Assembly (NCBI GenBank): GCA_964019335.1
Contig: OZ025705.1
Span: 186,001 to 250,000, forward strand
Direction: 5' to 3'
Length of the DNA: 64,000 bases
DNA from: Diplonema japonicum
Taxonomy: Eukaryota > Protista > Euglenozoa: Diplonemea
A program made the translations under genes and the position numbers. The notes beneath the pieces are model-generated. The model ran no database searches and was not told the origin of the DNA. It saw nothing but the letters and a program-made list of their open reading frames with translations. Below, one piece after another: positions 40,164 through 52,336 of the stretch (the first letter of the stretch is position 1; each line of letters opens with the position of its first letter).

Positions 40164-43100
40164 CATCCCTGGGCCACCCAAGTACTTCGCCTTCAACTCT
40201 GATATCTTCTCGTCGGTAGACTGTAAAGGAGTGTAAGGAGTAGCCGAGGGCAACGGGGAATAAGGGGACGAGGGCAAGGTCGGGTCCATCAAAAGCGGGT
40301 TCGAGAGCCCTAGCAGCTTTCTCTTAGAACGTTTGAACTCATCAGGTGACAAAACCCCTTGGTCGTGAAGGGAGGAGAGCTCCGTCAAGCGATTGTACTC
40401 GGCGGAGGGCGTCGCAAAGAAAGGACTGGGCCGCGAGAGAGAACTCAGCAACGAAGGAGGCGGTGCGGTTGCCTTCGGACTTCCATGGGCGGACAATGCT
40501 GCCTGAAGAGCCCTGTTCTCCGACAGCAATGCTTCAGATGTCCAATTTATCTGTTCTTTCACAATAGGCGGCTGAACCACCGGCTCTGCAGGCAGCTGCA
40601 ACGGGTAAATGCTTGATTTTAGCGACGACCTTACCGATAGCCTCTTCTGTTCAACCTCTCTGGGTTCCCTCTTGAAAAAGGTAGCCAATGCGTTGCGTCG
40701 GTACTCGTCCCCCCGCAGGCCCACCCATAGATGGATGGCTCTCACCATTGCGTTCAGCGTTCCCCAGAGGCGCCTGGCACTGTCGCCTGTTTTTTTCTCA
40801 TCTGGGATGATGTACAGGGTTGCGTGGTTCGTGAATTTCGCAAATTTGAAGGTTGACGGGATGATGCAGGGGAACCTGTGTTCGTTGACCCTGGTAGGGT
40901 CGTCTTCTTCCTTCTCAGCGTCGATCTCGTACTCCCAACACTTCCCCCTCAGCATCAGTACTGTGCAGAATGCTGGTATTCTGATCTGGCGTACGGCGTC
41001 TGTCACGTACGCGTTGGGGTCCTGTACTAGTTCGATCTTCCCTGTCTTCGACAGGTTGATCATCCTCCGTCTTGTGAACAGTGGTGTTTGGAACCGTTTC
41101 TCCATTTTCATAAGGATTGAGCTTGCGACGAACCCAGCCTCGTGCCACAACGCGCTGGCGAGCTGTTTGTACTTCACGAACATCGGGTTGATGGCGTGGT
41201 ACGGGATGTACAGAAGTCTTGTTTTTGTTTCCGTCCAGCAATCGGAGAACCGTCGTCCCGACACGCTGTTCGGGGTGAGGAGCTGTTGCAGGCCCATGGT
41301 CGGCCCGCTGCTGAACAGTGTCATGTACAACCCCACGCGGACCTGCACCACCCCGCTCACGATGACGAACAACCCGGACAGCTCCTTGCCTTCTGTCTTC
41401 GAGTCGATCCTCATGTGTGCGTCCACCTCTACAAGGCTTGCTCTGCCTTCTTTTAACATGTCTAGCAATTCGTCTTGTGCATCCTCCTCAGCATCTACAA
41501 ACCATGGTGTGTCCTTTTAATTTTTTTTTTTTGAATTATTAATATCGTCGGATTGCATACCACAAGCACCGCCTCTGCTGAGCACGGCTCAAGCGTTGAT
41601 GGGAACTTGCGCAACTGTTTCATCTGCTGCTCGATCATTTTCAGCAGCTCGTACCGATCCTGTGGGAGGAAATGGGGAAATGGATATATAACGGGTTGCA
41701 TACACTTGCATCCAGACGCCCTTCCCGCGAGAATTGTGTGAGTGAATTCCGCATTCTGTTAAGAACCAATCGTGATGCGTGCTTGGTCTGTTTGTTTGTT
41801 TTATATAAAAATGCCGAATGACCTTGACGATGCCATACCTTGATCATGCACGAGATGTCGGCCCTCTCGACGATGGCGTTCTCGGCAATGTCATTGGCAG
41901 AGGATTTGTTGCGCTTGCACTGTGTGATGAGCTTGCCTGCATCGTTCCTCTTGAGGAGGGAGAAGGCACGCGAGGCTACGAGATCGTGGCACTCCTTGTA
42001 TCCAATAGTCATGCTGAACGCACGCCGCCACTTATTCTGAAGATAGTACATCTTAAGCCCCGTTGCCGTGACTGGGTCCGAGATAAACGAAGGCAGTTCG
42101 AAGTAAGGGGCAAGGTTTGACGCCTTCAGGTGGCAATCAGGGTTTTCAGGGTCTTCATCAGCTTTTGTGTTGCGCATGACGTCGACCATGTGCAGGAGGT
42201 TCCTTGCGCTCTCTGTCTCGAGCGTCCCGCTCCCGTACTGCTGGTGCACGGAAGCTTCCACTGTGTTGAGGTACACGTGCTTTGCGTCGTCGCGTTCCAT
42301 GTCTGCTGTAACCTTGATCCTCTCGCCTTTCTTGTTGTAAGGGTCTACGTGCTTTGGGGGCAGGATGTTCTCAATGCTCACTATCTGTTCCAGGTTGCTC
42401 CAGTTCGTGTCGTAGTACAGCGGCTGCGACCGGAGATCGAGGACCGTCTGGTTCATTTCCGACAGCAGTTCCTTGAACCTGTCCGTCATCATCCGCTTGT
42501 TCCTATCGGGGATCTTGTTCAGCTGGTAGCCCTCGACAACCTTCCTCGTTGTCGTCCCGTTGAATACAAGTGTTAAGATGACAATGCCGGCCACATGGAA
42601 CACGAATTTTGACCTGACGCTCGCAGGCACAACGTTCACGTCTGCTTGAATGATCAAGGCCAACGCGAGGCCCACGGCACCTCGGAGGCCGCCCCACGCG
42701 ACCAACGCGTACTCCCCCACGCTCAACTTGTACGGGAACAGCCCGAGAATGGGACTGCTTACAAACAACACGAAGACACGGATGAAGTTGATGGAGCCGT
42801 AGATAATCGCGAGGTAGAGAACATCGATGCCGCCCAGATCACCGTCGAGCGCTTTCAGCGACACGATCATCCCGGCAAGCAAGAAGATCATGGTGTTGGT
42901 GAGGTACACGACAATCTCCCAGAAATGGTGCATAGTGTGCTCGACCTCAGGGGATATAGAATGCCTGTAGTATGACAAGAGCAGGCCGCAGGTAACGACG
43001 CCCAAGACGCCTGACACTCCAAACAGACCCTCCGCTACGAAGAAGGTGATGTATGCCGTTACGAGCGTGATGGTGATTTCGATGAGAGAGTCGTTGAAGA

Positions 43101-44076
43101 CGCGCTGCAGGCAGAGCACAGCTACCCAGCCGACTATTAGCCCGATGAGGGGGCCTCCCAGTGAGACCTTTAAGAACTGCAGGAGAATTTCACCGCCGGT
43201 CAAAGGGATGGAGCAAGAGTAGTCGGTGCATTGGCACTTCGAGATCTGCTCGTTGTAGTAGCACGACCCCCATTCGGCGTCGCAGTTCTTGATGACAACG
43301 GCCTCCTTCAGCACCGCGAAGAAGACAATGGCCGTTCCATCGTTGAAAAGCGATTCCCCTTCGATCATTGTGGAAATGACTGGAGAGGCGCCAAGTTCTT
43401 TCAGAAGAGCAACCACTGCAACAGGGTCAGTGGCTGAGAGGATGGTACCGAGGAGGAGACACGCTGGCCATGTCCATTCATACTCTGTAAAGGCGTACTT
43501 GGCAACCATAGCGGTGAGGAGCGAAGCGAGAGCAAGACCAGGGCCTGCAAGGAAGAGACACTGCCACACAACTTTCTTGAACACAGGTATCTGCATCGCA
43601 AAAGCGCTTTCGAAAATCAGCACCGGTAGGAAAATGTGAAAAATCAAGTGCGGGTTCATGTCGCCTAGCTCCACGTACCGCTTGAAGGATGTTGACTTCA
43701 GACCTGCACCCAGCCCACCCCATCCCATGCCTATTACAAAGAGGACTACAGTGTAAGGAACAGATGTGTCCATAAAGATGTACCGGACCAGAGCGCCTAC
43801 AGCGAAACATCCAAATATCACTATGATGGACCAGGGTGCCTCGGTGTGATCGAGGTCGTTCTCGATGGTGCTTTCGCCCTCTCGGTTCACTTGTTCCAAG
43901 CAGAACGACACATTAGGCCCGGTATGGTCGGGGCATGAGTGCTCGTACCAGTACTGCGTTCCGGAGTACACCGAGCAGTCTACTCTGCCAACGTTCTCCG
44001 GGGTGGTTCCACCCCCTGGGGACGGAGCCGGCGGGCTAGTCCCCACCAGCGCTGCAACCAGCACTACCGACAACAT
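40158..44076 (-). CDS. SOS1/NHX7/SLC9C-like Na+/H+ exchanger with a cyclic-nucleotide-binding-like domain (introns 41788-41838, 41660-41703, 41514-41560)
   Basis: IFLPVLIFESAF, LSATDPVAVVALLKELG, IEGESLFNDG, WGGLRGAVGLAL; C-terminal GLFVIVSGVVQV; three GTATG introns join the ORFs into ~1258 aa. Confidence 0.9.
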
Positions 44077-44797
44077 CTTCCTCTCCCCGCCACCTCCTGT
44101 GGTGCTGAATGTGTTCAAGGTTTTAAGAGAACCGAGCTTATAAAAAAGAAAAAAAATATAAAAGGAGAAACAAAAATCTTTATTGGCACAAGGCGTGTTA
44201 TAAGTGCAACTCCCACCCTTTTTTTTTTTTTTTTTCCTGCCGTTAAAGAAAGAAAAGGGGGGAGCAAGATTGGACAATAAAAAAAGCTTCTCGAAAAGTC
44301 CCACGAAGGGAGAAAGGATAAGAGGGCTCTGGGATTTCGTTGTCTGAAACTTTTTCTTGGGGGGGTGCCAACCTAAGGGGGGGGGAGAAAATGAAATAAA
44401 AACAAACCGCCCTCCATTACAGTAGATAAAAGGGGGCAAGGGGATGCATGGCATGTTGTATACTTGGGTGTCCTCGCTACACCTTGCAGCAGGACAAAAG
44501 AGAAGGGGGAGGAGGGGGAAAAAAAAAAGAAGAAAAAAGCAGCTTAAGACAGAAGGTCGCTCTTTTCTCTTATTTATTTCTTCCCTCTTTCCCTCATCCC
44601 GTCCATTTATTATCGGCCAGCGTTATCCCCAAACAAATAAAAAAGAGAGGAAGCTCAACGGGAGTGAGAAAAGCATAATGTTCTCAAGAGTGGCCGACAA
44701 GTGCAGCTGACAAACGTGTCAGTGAGAACAGCGCTCTATTTAAAAAGAGAAAAAAATGTAAAAATATTTTCGTTTATCGCAACAGATTCCTGTTGAT

Positions 44798-46312
44798 CTA
44801 GTTGCTACTGATCTTCTCACAACCTACTTGGTTGTTGCAGGAAACTAGACACCTGGCCCAAAACTGGCTTTCCTTGTAGCACGACAGACCAGCCATACAG
44901 CAGTTCGGTTCCGAGAGGCATCCTTCCCACTCATTAAACCTGGTAGCACAGCTAGTAGAGGTGACTGGAACGGCAGGCGGGGGTGTCAGAGGAGTGGGCA
45001 CAGGGGTTGGGACAGGAGTGGGCACAGGGGTTGGGACAGGAGTGGGCACAGGGGTCACGGGGATCACCTCCATAGTGGTGTCCTCGGGAGCAGCATTGCT
45101 ACCATTGCTGTTGCTGTTCTTGTTGGCGCTGCACCCCCTGGCAGGGCTGACGGAAGCACTGACCGCCTGGGACCAGGCCCCGTTGATGTCGTCAAAAGCG
45201 ACCCAGAAGAAGGCCCCCCCGTTGCAGGGGTACTCCTTGTTCAGGTCATTCATCACGCTGACAGCCTGCTGCGCGTTGCTGTTGGAGTTGGTGCCCCCGC
45301 AGTCGCTGATGCAGAAGCCGAAGACGATCCTCGTCGGGTCGTTCCCGAGCACATCCGTCACAAGGGTCCTAAGGTGCGTCAGGGCGGGGTTGGTTCCCCC
45401 GTAGATACCCTCCGTGTTGGGGCTCGTGATCCCGTTGTAGTACTGCGGCATGAGGAAGTCCACGGAGCTTGCTGTCTCCTTGATGACGTTGTAGTAGCCT
45501 CTCCCCGGCACGAGGTCGACGTCGATCGGGGTGTGCGTCACGATGTTGGCCCCAACGGGGAGCCTCTGTTTGAGCCCGACAGTCACTTCCCTCAAAAAGG
45601 TCTGCGCCTGTGCCCCCTTCGCGAAGGGGGACCCGTTGTGCCCGTCCTCGTAGTAGTACTCGTAGTCGATGTCCACCCCGTCGAAGCCCTGGTCCCGCGA
45701 GATGTCCACCAGCTGCTGGATCACGAAGTCCTCCTTCCCGTAGCAGTACTCCCAGCAGTCGTTCTTCCCGTCCCAGTGGCCTCCCATCCCGGCCCCGCCG
45801 AAGGACAGGATCACCTTCTTCCCAGCCGCACGCCACTTCTGCACCAGGGCGGGCTGCGGGGCGTTCTCGCACACTGGCACAGGCGAGATCACGCACTGCT
45901 CGTTGCAGATGTTCTTTTCCTCGTTAAATGTGTAGGTCACCGCGAAGGACACGAGGACGTGTGTGTAGGCGTTCATCTGTGCGTCGGTGGGGCACGTCTG
46001 CCAGTTCCCGACGAAGGCCACCATCCTGTTGTCGTCGGAGGCCTGCGCAGAGGGGGCGGGCGGCGTGGCAGGCGGGGCCGGCTGCGAGGGTGTGGTCGGT
46101 GTTGGGGGTGCCATGCCCCCCATTGTGGGGCACCATGTCGCACTGTTTGCTTCGCACGTGCTGGCGCTGCCACCACCTGCATAGCAGGGCTCCGCCCACT
46201 CTGGCTTGAAGCACGGTGCACCCATGTCGATGCAGCGCTGGCACTGTGCAGCCGTTTGCCCAGAGGCACTCGCCGCGAGCAGCAGCACCAACCCGAACGC
46301 CTTCAGTGTCAT
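44798..46312 (-). CDS. Secreted GH18 chitinase with N-terminal 6-Cys module and C-terminal CBM1-like module
   Basis: KVILSFGG, catalytic FDGVDIDYE, MPQYYN; signal peptide; PVPT linker. Confidence 0.93.
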   Translation of the reverse strand: MTLKAFGLVLLLAASASGQTAAQCQRCIDMGAPCFKPEWAEPCYAGGGSASTCEANSATWCPTMGGMAPPTPTTPSQPAPPATPPAPSAQASDDNRMVAFVGNWQTCPTDAQMNAYTHVLVSFAVTYTFNEEKNICNEQCVISPVPVCENAPQPALVQKWRAAGKKVILSFGGAGMGGHWDGKNDCWEYCYGKEDFVIQQLVDISRDQGFDGVDIDYEYYYEDGHNGSPFAKGAQAQTFLREVTVGLKQRLPVGANIVTHTPIDVDLVPGRGYYNVIKETASSVDFLMPQYYNGITSPNTEGIYGGTNPALTHLRTLVTDVLGNDPTRIVFGFCISDCGGTNSNSNAQQAVSVMNDLNKEYPCNGGAFFWVAFDDINGAWSQAVSASVSPARGCSANKNSNSNGSNAAPEDTTMEVIPVTPVPTPVPTPVPTPVPTPVPTPLTPPPAVPVTSTSCATRFNEWEGCLSEPNCCMAGLSCYKESQFWARCLVSCNNQVGCEKISSN

Positions 46313-46467
46313 CTTGTTGTTGTTGTTGTGGAATCTGACAAAATGTGTAAGAACCCGAGAATAGTTCATAAAAAGGGGGGAGCAAATACGTCATATAGCC
46401 TACAAGAAAAATAGAGAAAAGAGAGAAAAGAGAGAGAGGAAGGAAGCTTGCGGTAGATTCTTCTTCT

Positions 46468-46499
<32 letters not shown>

Positions 46500-46856
46500 C
46501 AAAGACGGTTCTCGATGCGAAGAACAGATGGAAGAACAAAAAAAATGCAGAGAATTGAAGCAGGGGGCAAAAAAAAAAAAAGAAAAAAAAAAAAAAGCGA
46601 AGACGGGGGTTCTATTCGCGCGTGGTAGAAATCTGGAGGAAGTTTATAGCCGGAAAAACAATCCTCCTCCCGACAAATCAAAAAGAAAATGCGTGTGTAG
46701 GGTTCTTCATGCCTTTTTCTTTTAAATATTTGGTTCGTTACTTTTTTTTTTAATGTGGCGTATGCAGTGAGATTCTTACGGTTTCTTTTTCTTTTCTTTT
46801 TTTTTGCTTGGAAAAGCAAAACGTTGCTGCCCCCCCCCCCCCCCCCCCTCATTCTC

Positions 46857-47299
46857 TTAGAACACACCACATTTTCTAAAGAAGGAAGACATCACGATTG
46901 GCTTGTGACCCCATTCAGTTTTTTCGAAGTCTGTCCGGGTGCTGGTGGCCGAGTGCCACCCTACCACTTGCGATGCGGTGAGGGGCGTCGCAGCTTTCTG
47001 GTGAGGTGACTTCTGCTTTTGCTGCTTCAGGTAAGGAAGCCTTCCTTTCCCGTCTTCGTAAAGTACTAGCTGATTGCTCGACCGTGGCTGCGCTTTCTGC
47101 TTCGCTACTTCCTTCTCTTTTTTTATCGTGTCGTTCAGGAGGCCGTTCTCAACCTCAATAATATGCTTCGCGTACTTTGATTTCCACCTTTTCAACAGCT
47201 GTCGCTCCTTGCTCACCGCCTCCTTCCACTGTTGCGAAATGATATGGTTCTGCGACCCCTTCAACGAGAACACATTTCCTACTGTGATCGTGGGGTCCA

Positions 47300-47300
<1 letters not shown>
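46857..47300 (-). CDS. Flagellar microtubule inner protein-like (SPMIP1/ATP6V1FNB family)
   Basis: WKE...KE, LY..GKGR..YLK.....P..K...PLT.SQ.VGW and SFFRK.GVF pattern. Confidence 0.7.
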
Positions 47301-47338
<38 letters not shown>

Positions 47339-47589
47339 GTTTCTTCTTTTTTTTTCTTTTGATGAGAGAAAGCCCCTTTGAAAAAAAAGATGACGGTCAG
47401 GGGGTAGAAAGTAAAAAAAAAAAATAAATAAAATAAAATGGGGGAAAACGGGCATCTATTTTAAAAAAAAAAAAAGAAGAAAAGGAGAAGGAAAAAAAAA
47501 AAAAGAGGTACTCAAAAAGGTGATTCTTCCCTCTTTTCCGATCTATGAAAAGAGAGAAAGAAAACAATCTATGTTGCCGTTATAACTGC

Positions 47590-47623
<34 letters not shown>

Positions 47624-47631
47624 CACTCCCG

Positions 47632-50600
47632 TCACGACAAAGAAGACGAGAGCAAGGAGCTGTTTGGGTCGGAACCTGATGACGCAGAGGCGAAGTTGAG
47701 GAGCTCTGCAAGCGAGTCTGCAGTTACCTCACCAGAGGGGTCTATAGTGTCGGGTGTGGCATCAGGAAGGAAGGGGTCATGGAAAGGCCGTGTGCGGGAG
47801 GAAGACGACGAAGAGGCAGAAGATGTGGTAAGCGCAGAGCTCTCCCCTCCCGGGGATGGGGTGGACGGGCTACCGCCTATGACCACAGGCAAGGCCTGCA
47901 CGACTTCCCTCTCTCTCGTTCTGATGGGCGAATCGTTCGATAGTGACGACACAGCAAAGGAGAGCTCCGCCGGAACTGAAGTGCTTTTCATCAGAGCAGT
48001 CGCCGTTTCCTCCAACTTGCGCATCATGCGCGTGTTCTCTTCCACCTCCTCCTGGTTCCTCTGCTGCATTTTCTTGAATACCTCATCCTGCATGCGCATC
48101 CTCTTGATGATCCCCTCATAACCCCCCTCGCCCCCACCTGGCAGGGTCGACACAGTGCTGCCCGATGTGGGGGTGGTCTTCGACGTGCTGCTGCCTGTCG
48201 TCGTCGTTGTCATCGTAGTCGTTGTCACTGTCGTGGTTGTAGGTGTCGTTGCTGGTGTGACACTCCCATCGTTGCTCCCTCGTATGATGGCGGCACGGGT
48301 GGACTGGTAGTTTGTGTCGATCTCACGCTCCATGATCTTCGTAAGAACATTCACCGCATCGTGTGGTGGTGTCCCAGGGATGGTCTCGACAGTCTCCTCT
48401 GACGCTGTGGCCTGCTGCGTCTCCTGTTGTATCGAAGAGGGTTCCTGCACTGGCTCAGGTGTCAGTTCCACCTCTTGGTCCGGTTTCTGTTCTGGCTCGG
48501 GTTCAGGAGTCTCGGCGGGGCTTGACTGAGGTTCTTGTTGTTCTGGCTGTCCCACCTCCTCACTGGGCGTGAGAACATTCCTGTGCACCGCATAGCGCGG
48601 GGCAACAGGGGGCTCCCAAGGATCGGTGGCAGTGGCACGATCTTGCTTCTCCAGCTCTGAAAGGATTTTGTTGTCGATGTCATCATCTGCCACTTGCGTT
48701 TGCGCCTCCGCTTTCGTGGGTTGTGCATTTGGAGGTATGTCGGTGTAGTTGTCGGAGAAGGTGGGGACATCGGCAATCCAGCGAACGGCATGCTCGTACT
48801 GACGTTGTGCACGCTCCTCGACCCTCAACAAGAGATCCTCGGCTGCCGCCTCAGTCTGCGCATTGGATACTGCCGCAGCGAAGCTCTCAACCCCGCTATG
48901 GAACCTTCCTAAAGCCTCAGAGTGCTTTGCAGCATTGATCTCCAGCTCCACCCCAGCGGCCCTGTGTTGCAGTGCTGCCTTACGCAGCCGCATCTCATTC
49001 TGCTCTTGCATCACCTTTTCCTTGAGCGCTACCATCTCCTGGTGTCTCTCCGCCTCCATCTCCAGTGCAGTCTGCGCAGCCTCGCTTCGATGGTTCAGTT
49101 CTTGTATCCTCTTCTCGTGGTCCTCCTCAGACCTCAGAAGCTGCTGCCCCAACTCCTCTGTGTTGCGTCTGATTCGTATGAGGTGCACCTCCTCTGCGAT
49201 AATCCTCTCCCTGTCCTGCACTGCTGAATTGATGGTAACCTCAGGGTAGTCTGTGATCACAGGATAAGGCTTCCCTGCGTCCATAGGGGTGAAGGTCTGG
49301 TATTTGCCGGCACCGCACTCGCTAGGGAGGGCATCCAAATTGACCTTCCTGTGCAGGGTGTAGGTACGGTGAATGACCTTATTGATGTCGGCAGGGTTGT
49401 TTTTTGTGAAGAAGACTTTGAAGAAGGCCTCGCCAGTGGTGGAAGCCCTGAAGACCTCTTTATGCGCAGAGAGGTAAGCGACGTGGAAGAGGAACAACCA
49501 GATGGGCTGGTTGCTGAAGACGTGGTCCATCACCTGCAGCCACTCGTTTGTCGACAGCAGATCAGTGAAGAGCGTCGTCATGGGTGACCACGCGTACCAC
49601 TCGACGGGGCACCCTCTGTCACGCAGGACTTCAAGCGTCTCGGGGTCGAGCTGCTCAAGCAACGAATCGATGAGCAGTACTGCAGGGTAGGAGTAGTGTG
49701 GGTAGTTGGCCAAGTATGCCTGCCCCCAGTTCTGCAGGAAGACCAACGTAACTTCAAAGGCTGCTTTAACGTTGCTCCCAAATGCTTTCGTGATGGGGAA
49801 CACGAGTTCAGGGAGCCATGATGTCACCGACAGCGGTGGGCAGTGGTGACACAGGCACTCCAAGACCTTCACCATTGCTTGTTTCAGCTTAGCGCAGTTC
49901 AGCGGGAACTCTTTGAGGAGGACCGGGACTGCATCGTGGCGTCCCTTGTGCAGAAGAGTCGTGAAGCCCTCACCAGCCGTCTCGCTTGACGTCCTCAACA
50001 AGAACCTCCATATTAATGTTCTGTACTTATCGGGGTACTGCCCGTAGCTGAGGAGCATCCTCCGCAGCTTCGCGGAGTTCAGCGTGATGGCCTTCTGGTC
50101 CAGCTTTGCTTGCAGACGGAGCTCCTCGTCGACGCAGTTTTTATCAAGCTCTCTAAGGCAGTCCTCATGGGGGTTCCTACGACGCTTAACAACCGACTGC
50201 CGCAAGGACACCGCTCTAGAAGATGTCCTACCCGTAGGACCATGGGCAAACCGCCTGTTTTGGTTGGAATACAGTGTCGCAAGCGCTGCGTCAACGGGTT
50301 GCTTCTCGGAGAGGGATTTTTTCGCTCGAAGGTCAGACCGCATCCAGTCGACAGGGGATGCGAGGGAGGACTGCAGGGGAATGGAGTAGCTGACGCATTT
50401 CCCGGACTCGTTGGGGTTGGCTTCAAGCGAGGTTTCAAGGAGCGCACCTTGAGGGGCGATAAAAGTGGGCACAGTACTGTCGCACATCCCGCGCATGGTG
50501 CTCACAAGAGTTGTCTCGGAAGAAGGTGTGGGGTCGGCAGCTTTGAAACTGGCGTAGACACAAGCAGTGGGGAGGTGCAGGATGTGAACAGTCCCACAGC

Positions 50601-51612
50601 CAACGAGGGTGAGGTACTGGTCGCCAGCAAGGGCGATGGAATCCGCGAAGATATTCGGCTTCGTGATGACATTGGAGAGTGTGGCTGTTTTGTGGAAAGG
50701 CCTGATGATGAGCACACTGCCATCTGTGGACAAAGCGGCAAGCCTCGTCTCGTCACCCGACACGAAAAACTCAAGCTGCACCACCCCGCTCCCGTTGCTC
50801 ATCACCTGCAGCGCTTTGTTCATCCGAAACGTTGTTAAATCGTAAATCACCACAGTAGGCGACCCCCTCCCCCCTGCAGCAAGGTGCTCCCCGCCGCGTG
50901 TCAGCGATATCGTGTCGAACATCGTCAACGGAGGAACCTGCGAAGAAGAAGGAAACACAGGAGGCGCTATCTCCTTAATGAGGTTCGGCCCCGCAAGGTC
51001 CCACACACACAGTGCCGTAGCATGGACTGTTAAAAGGTGTTTTGCAGAGGTAGCCACATCCACAGAAGGGTAAGATGATGTTTTCAACGAGTACTTTACA
51101 TCAAATCTATCTGAAGGTGAGCCAGGTGAGTAAGGTGTACACCACACTATGGTGGAGTCCGTGGCTGAGGAGGTTAAGAGGGATAGATGCGGGGAGGAGA
51201 AATGCAGTTTTGTAGCCTTGGACTGGTGGCCGCGAAGCGTGTGGCCGACCCTGCCCTTTTCTACGTTCAAGACCAAAATTGTTCTGTTTTCCAAGGAGAC
51301 TATTATTTCGCTACGTTTTGCGGTGCTGAAAACCATGCCTATCACGCTGTGGCCGCAGCGCTGCAGCAGAGAGAACCTGTTTCTTTTTATGTTGAGGATG
51401 TAAACGTTCCCCCTGCTGTCTCCTAGCCCAAGCCTGCCTTTTTCTATCGGGTCCCATGCGACACAATACGCCACGTTCTTCCCCCCTTCGTGCCTCACCT
51501 CCACCACCGTCCCATCGGCTTGAACCACAGGACTATTTCCCCACAAAGAGCCTGCTTGTACTTGGCCACCCACGGTTAGAATAGGGTTTTTTTTGTGTGG
51601 TAAAGGTGGCAT
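47632..51612 (-). CDS. TBC1D31: TBC1 domain family member 31 (WD40, TBC and coiled coil)
   Basis: N-terminal WD40 repeats (TLRGHQS..), YGQYPDKYRTLIWRFLL, FTDLL...EWLQVMDHVFSN. Confidence 0.85.
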   Translation of the reverse strand: MPPLPHKKNPILTVGGQVQAGSLWGNSPVVQADGTVVEVRHEGGKNVAYCVAWDPIEKGRLGLGDSRGNVYILNIKRNRFSLLQRCGHSVIGMVFSTAKRSEIIVSLENRTILVLNVEKGRVGHTLRGHQSKATKLHFSSPHLSLLTSSATDSTIVWCTPYSPGSPSDRFDVKYSLKTSSYPSVDVATSAKHLLTVHATALCVWDLAGPNLIKEIAPPVFPSSSQVPPLTMFDTISLTRGGEHLAAGGRGSPTVVIYDLTTFRMNKALQVMSNGSGVVQLEFFVSGDETRLAALSTDGSVLIIRPFHKTATLSNVITKPNIFADSIALAGDQYLTLVGCGTVHILHLPTACVYASFKAADPTPSSETTLVSTMRGMCDSTVPTFIAPQGALLETSLEANPNESGKCVSYSIPLQSSLASPVDWMRSDLRAKKSLSEKQPVDAALATLYSNQNRRFAHGPTGRTSSRAVSLRQSVVKRRRNPHEDCLRELDKNCVDEELRLQAKLDQKAITLNSAKLRRMLLSYGQYPDKYRTLIWRFLLRTSSETAGEGFTTLLHKGRHDAVPVLLKEFPLNCAKLKQAMVKVLECLCHHCPPLSVTSWLPELVFPITKAFGSNVKAAFEVTLVFLQNWGQAYLANYPHYSYPAVLLIDSLLEQLDPETLEVLRDRGCPVEWYAWSPMTTLFTDLLSTNEWLQVMDHVFSNQPIWLFLFHVAYLSAHKEVFRASTTGEAFFKVFFTKNNPADINKVIHRTYTLHRKVNLDALPSECGAGKYQTFTPMDAGKPYPVITDYPEVTINSAVQDRERIIAEEVHLIRIRRNTEELGQQLLRSEEDHEKRIQELNHRSEAAQTALEMEAERHQEMVALKEKVMQEQNEMRLRKAALQHRAAGVELEINAAKHSEALGRFHSGVESFAAAVSNAQTEAAAEDLLLRVEERAQRQYEHAVRWIADVPTFSDNYTDIPPNAQPTKAEAQTQVADDDIDNKILSELEKQDRATATDPWEPPVAPRYAVHRNVLTPSEEVGQPEQQEPQSSPAETPEPEPEQKPDQEVELTPEPVQEPSSIQQETQQATASEETVETIPGTPPHDAVNVLTKIMEREIDTNYQSTRAAIIRGSNDGSVTPATTPTTTTVTTTTMTTTTTGSSTSKTTPTSGSTVSTLPGGGEGGYEGIIKRMRMQDEVFKKMQQRNQEEVEENTRMMRKLEETATALMKSTSVPAELSFAVSSLSNDSPIRTREREVVQALPVVIGGSPSTPSPGGESSALTTSSASSSSSSRTRPFHDPFLPDATPDTIDPSGEVTADSLAELLNFASASSGSDPNSSLLSSSLS

Positions 51613-52336
51613 TTTTTTTTTTTTTATAGTGTCCGCTTGTCAGTAATGTTAATTAAGATTGTTAGAAAAGAGGGGTGGGTAAAAAAAAAAAAAAAGAAAA
51701 ACCAACAAAACTTAGGAAAAGGGTGGACAAGGGTGCAGGGAAGGGTTCTTTTTTATTTTTATTTTATTTTTTTTTCTTCTTCGTTGAAAAACATGTCAAG
51801 ATACGAGGGCATTGAATACAAGAAGAACAAAAAAAAAAGCACGAAAAAAAAAAAGAAGATTTGTGGAAGAAAGAGAAACGGGAAGTACGTATCACAAGAG
51901 AAAAATGAAAAATAAAAAACAAGGAACAGAAAATAAAATAAAAATTGCAACCGACATAAAAACGGGCCGCTCCTTTTTTTTTGTTTCATTTGTTGCCAAC
52001 ACGCGACTCGAGGAACGAAAAAAATAAAAATAAAAAGCAGGCAGGAGGGCAAAAAAAAAAAAAAAAAAAAAAAACGAAGCTGTGTAGAAATAAAAAACAG
52101 GGAAGAACTACACACTTACCCCCCCCCCCCCCCCTTCTCATTCCTCTTCCCTACCCACTCACATGCCCCACTCTGTTAATGTGAAATTGAACGAAATATA
52201 AAAAAAGAAAACAATTTTTTGTTTTCTTTTTTTTTGGGAAAGAAAGAAGAAAAATAAAGTATAAAAAATTGAAACAACACTTTCTTTTTTTGGGGGGGGG
52301 TTCCCCCCCCCTCTTTTCTCAACAATCTTCATCTCA

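Noticed and set aside
37123-51612. Flagellar gene cluster (CFAP300, SPMIP1-like, TBC1D31)
   Set aside because: Flagellar genes are numerous in euglenozoans and are interspersed here with unrelated genes.
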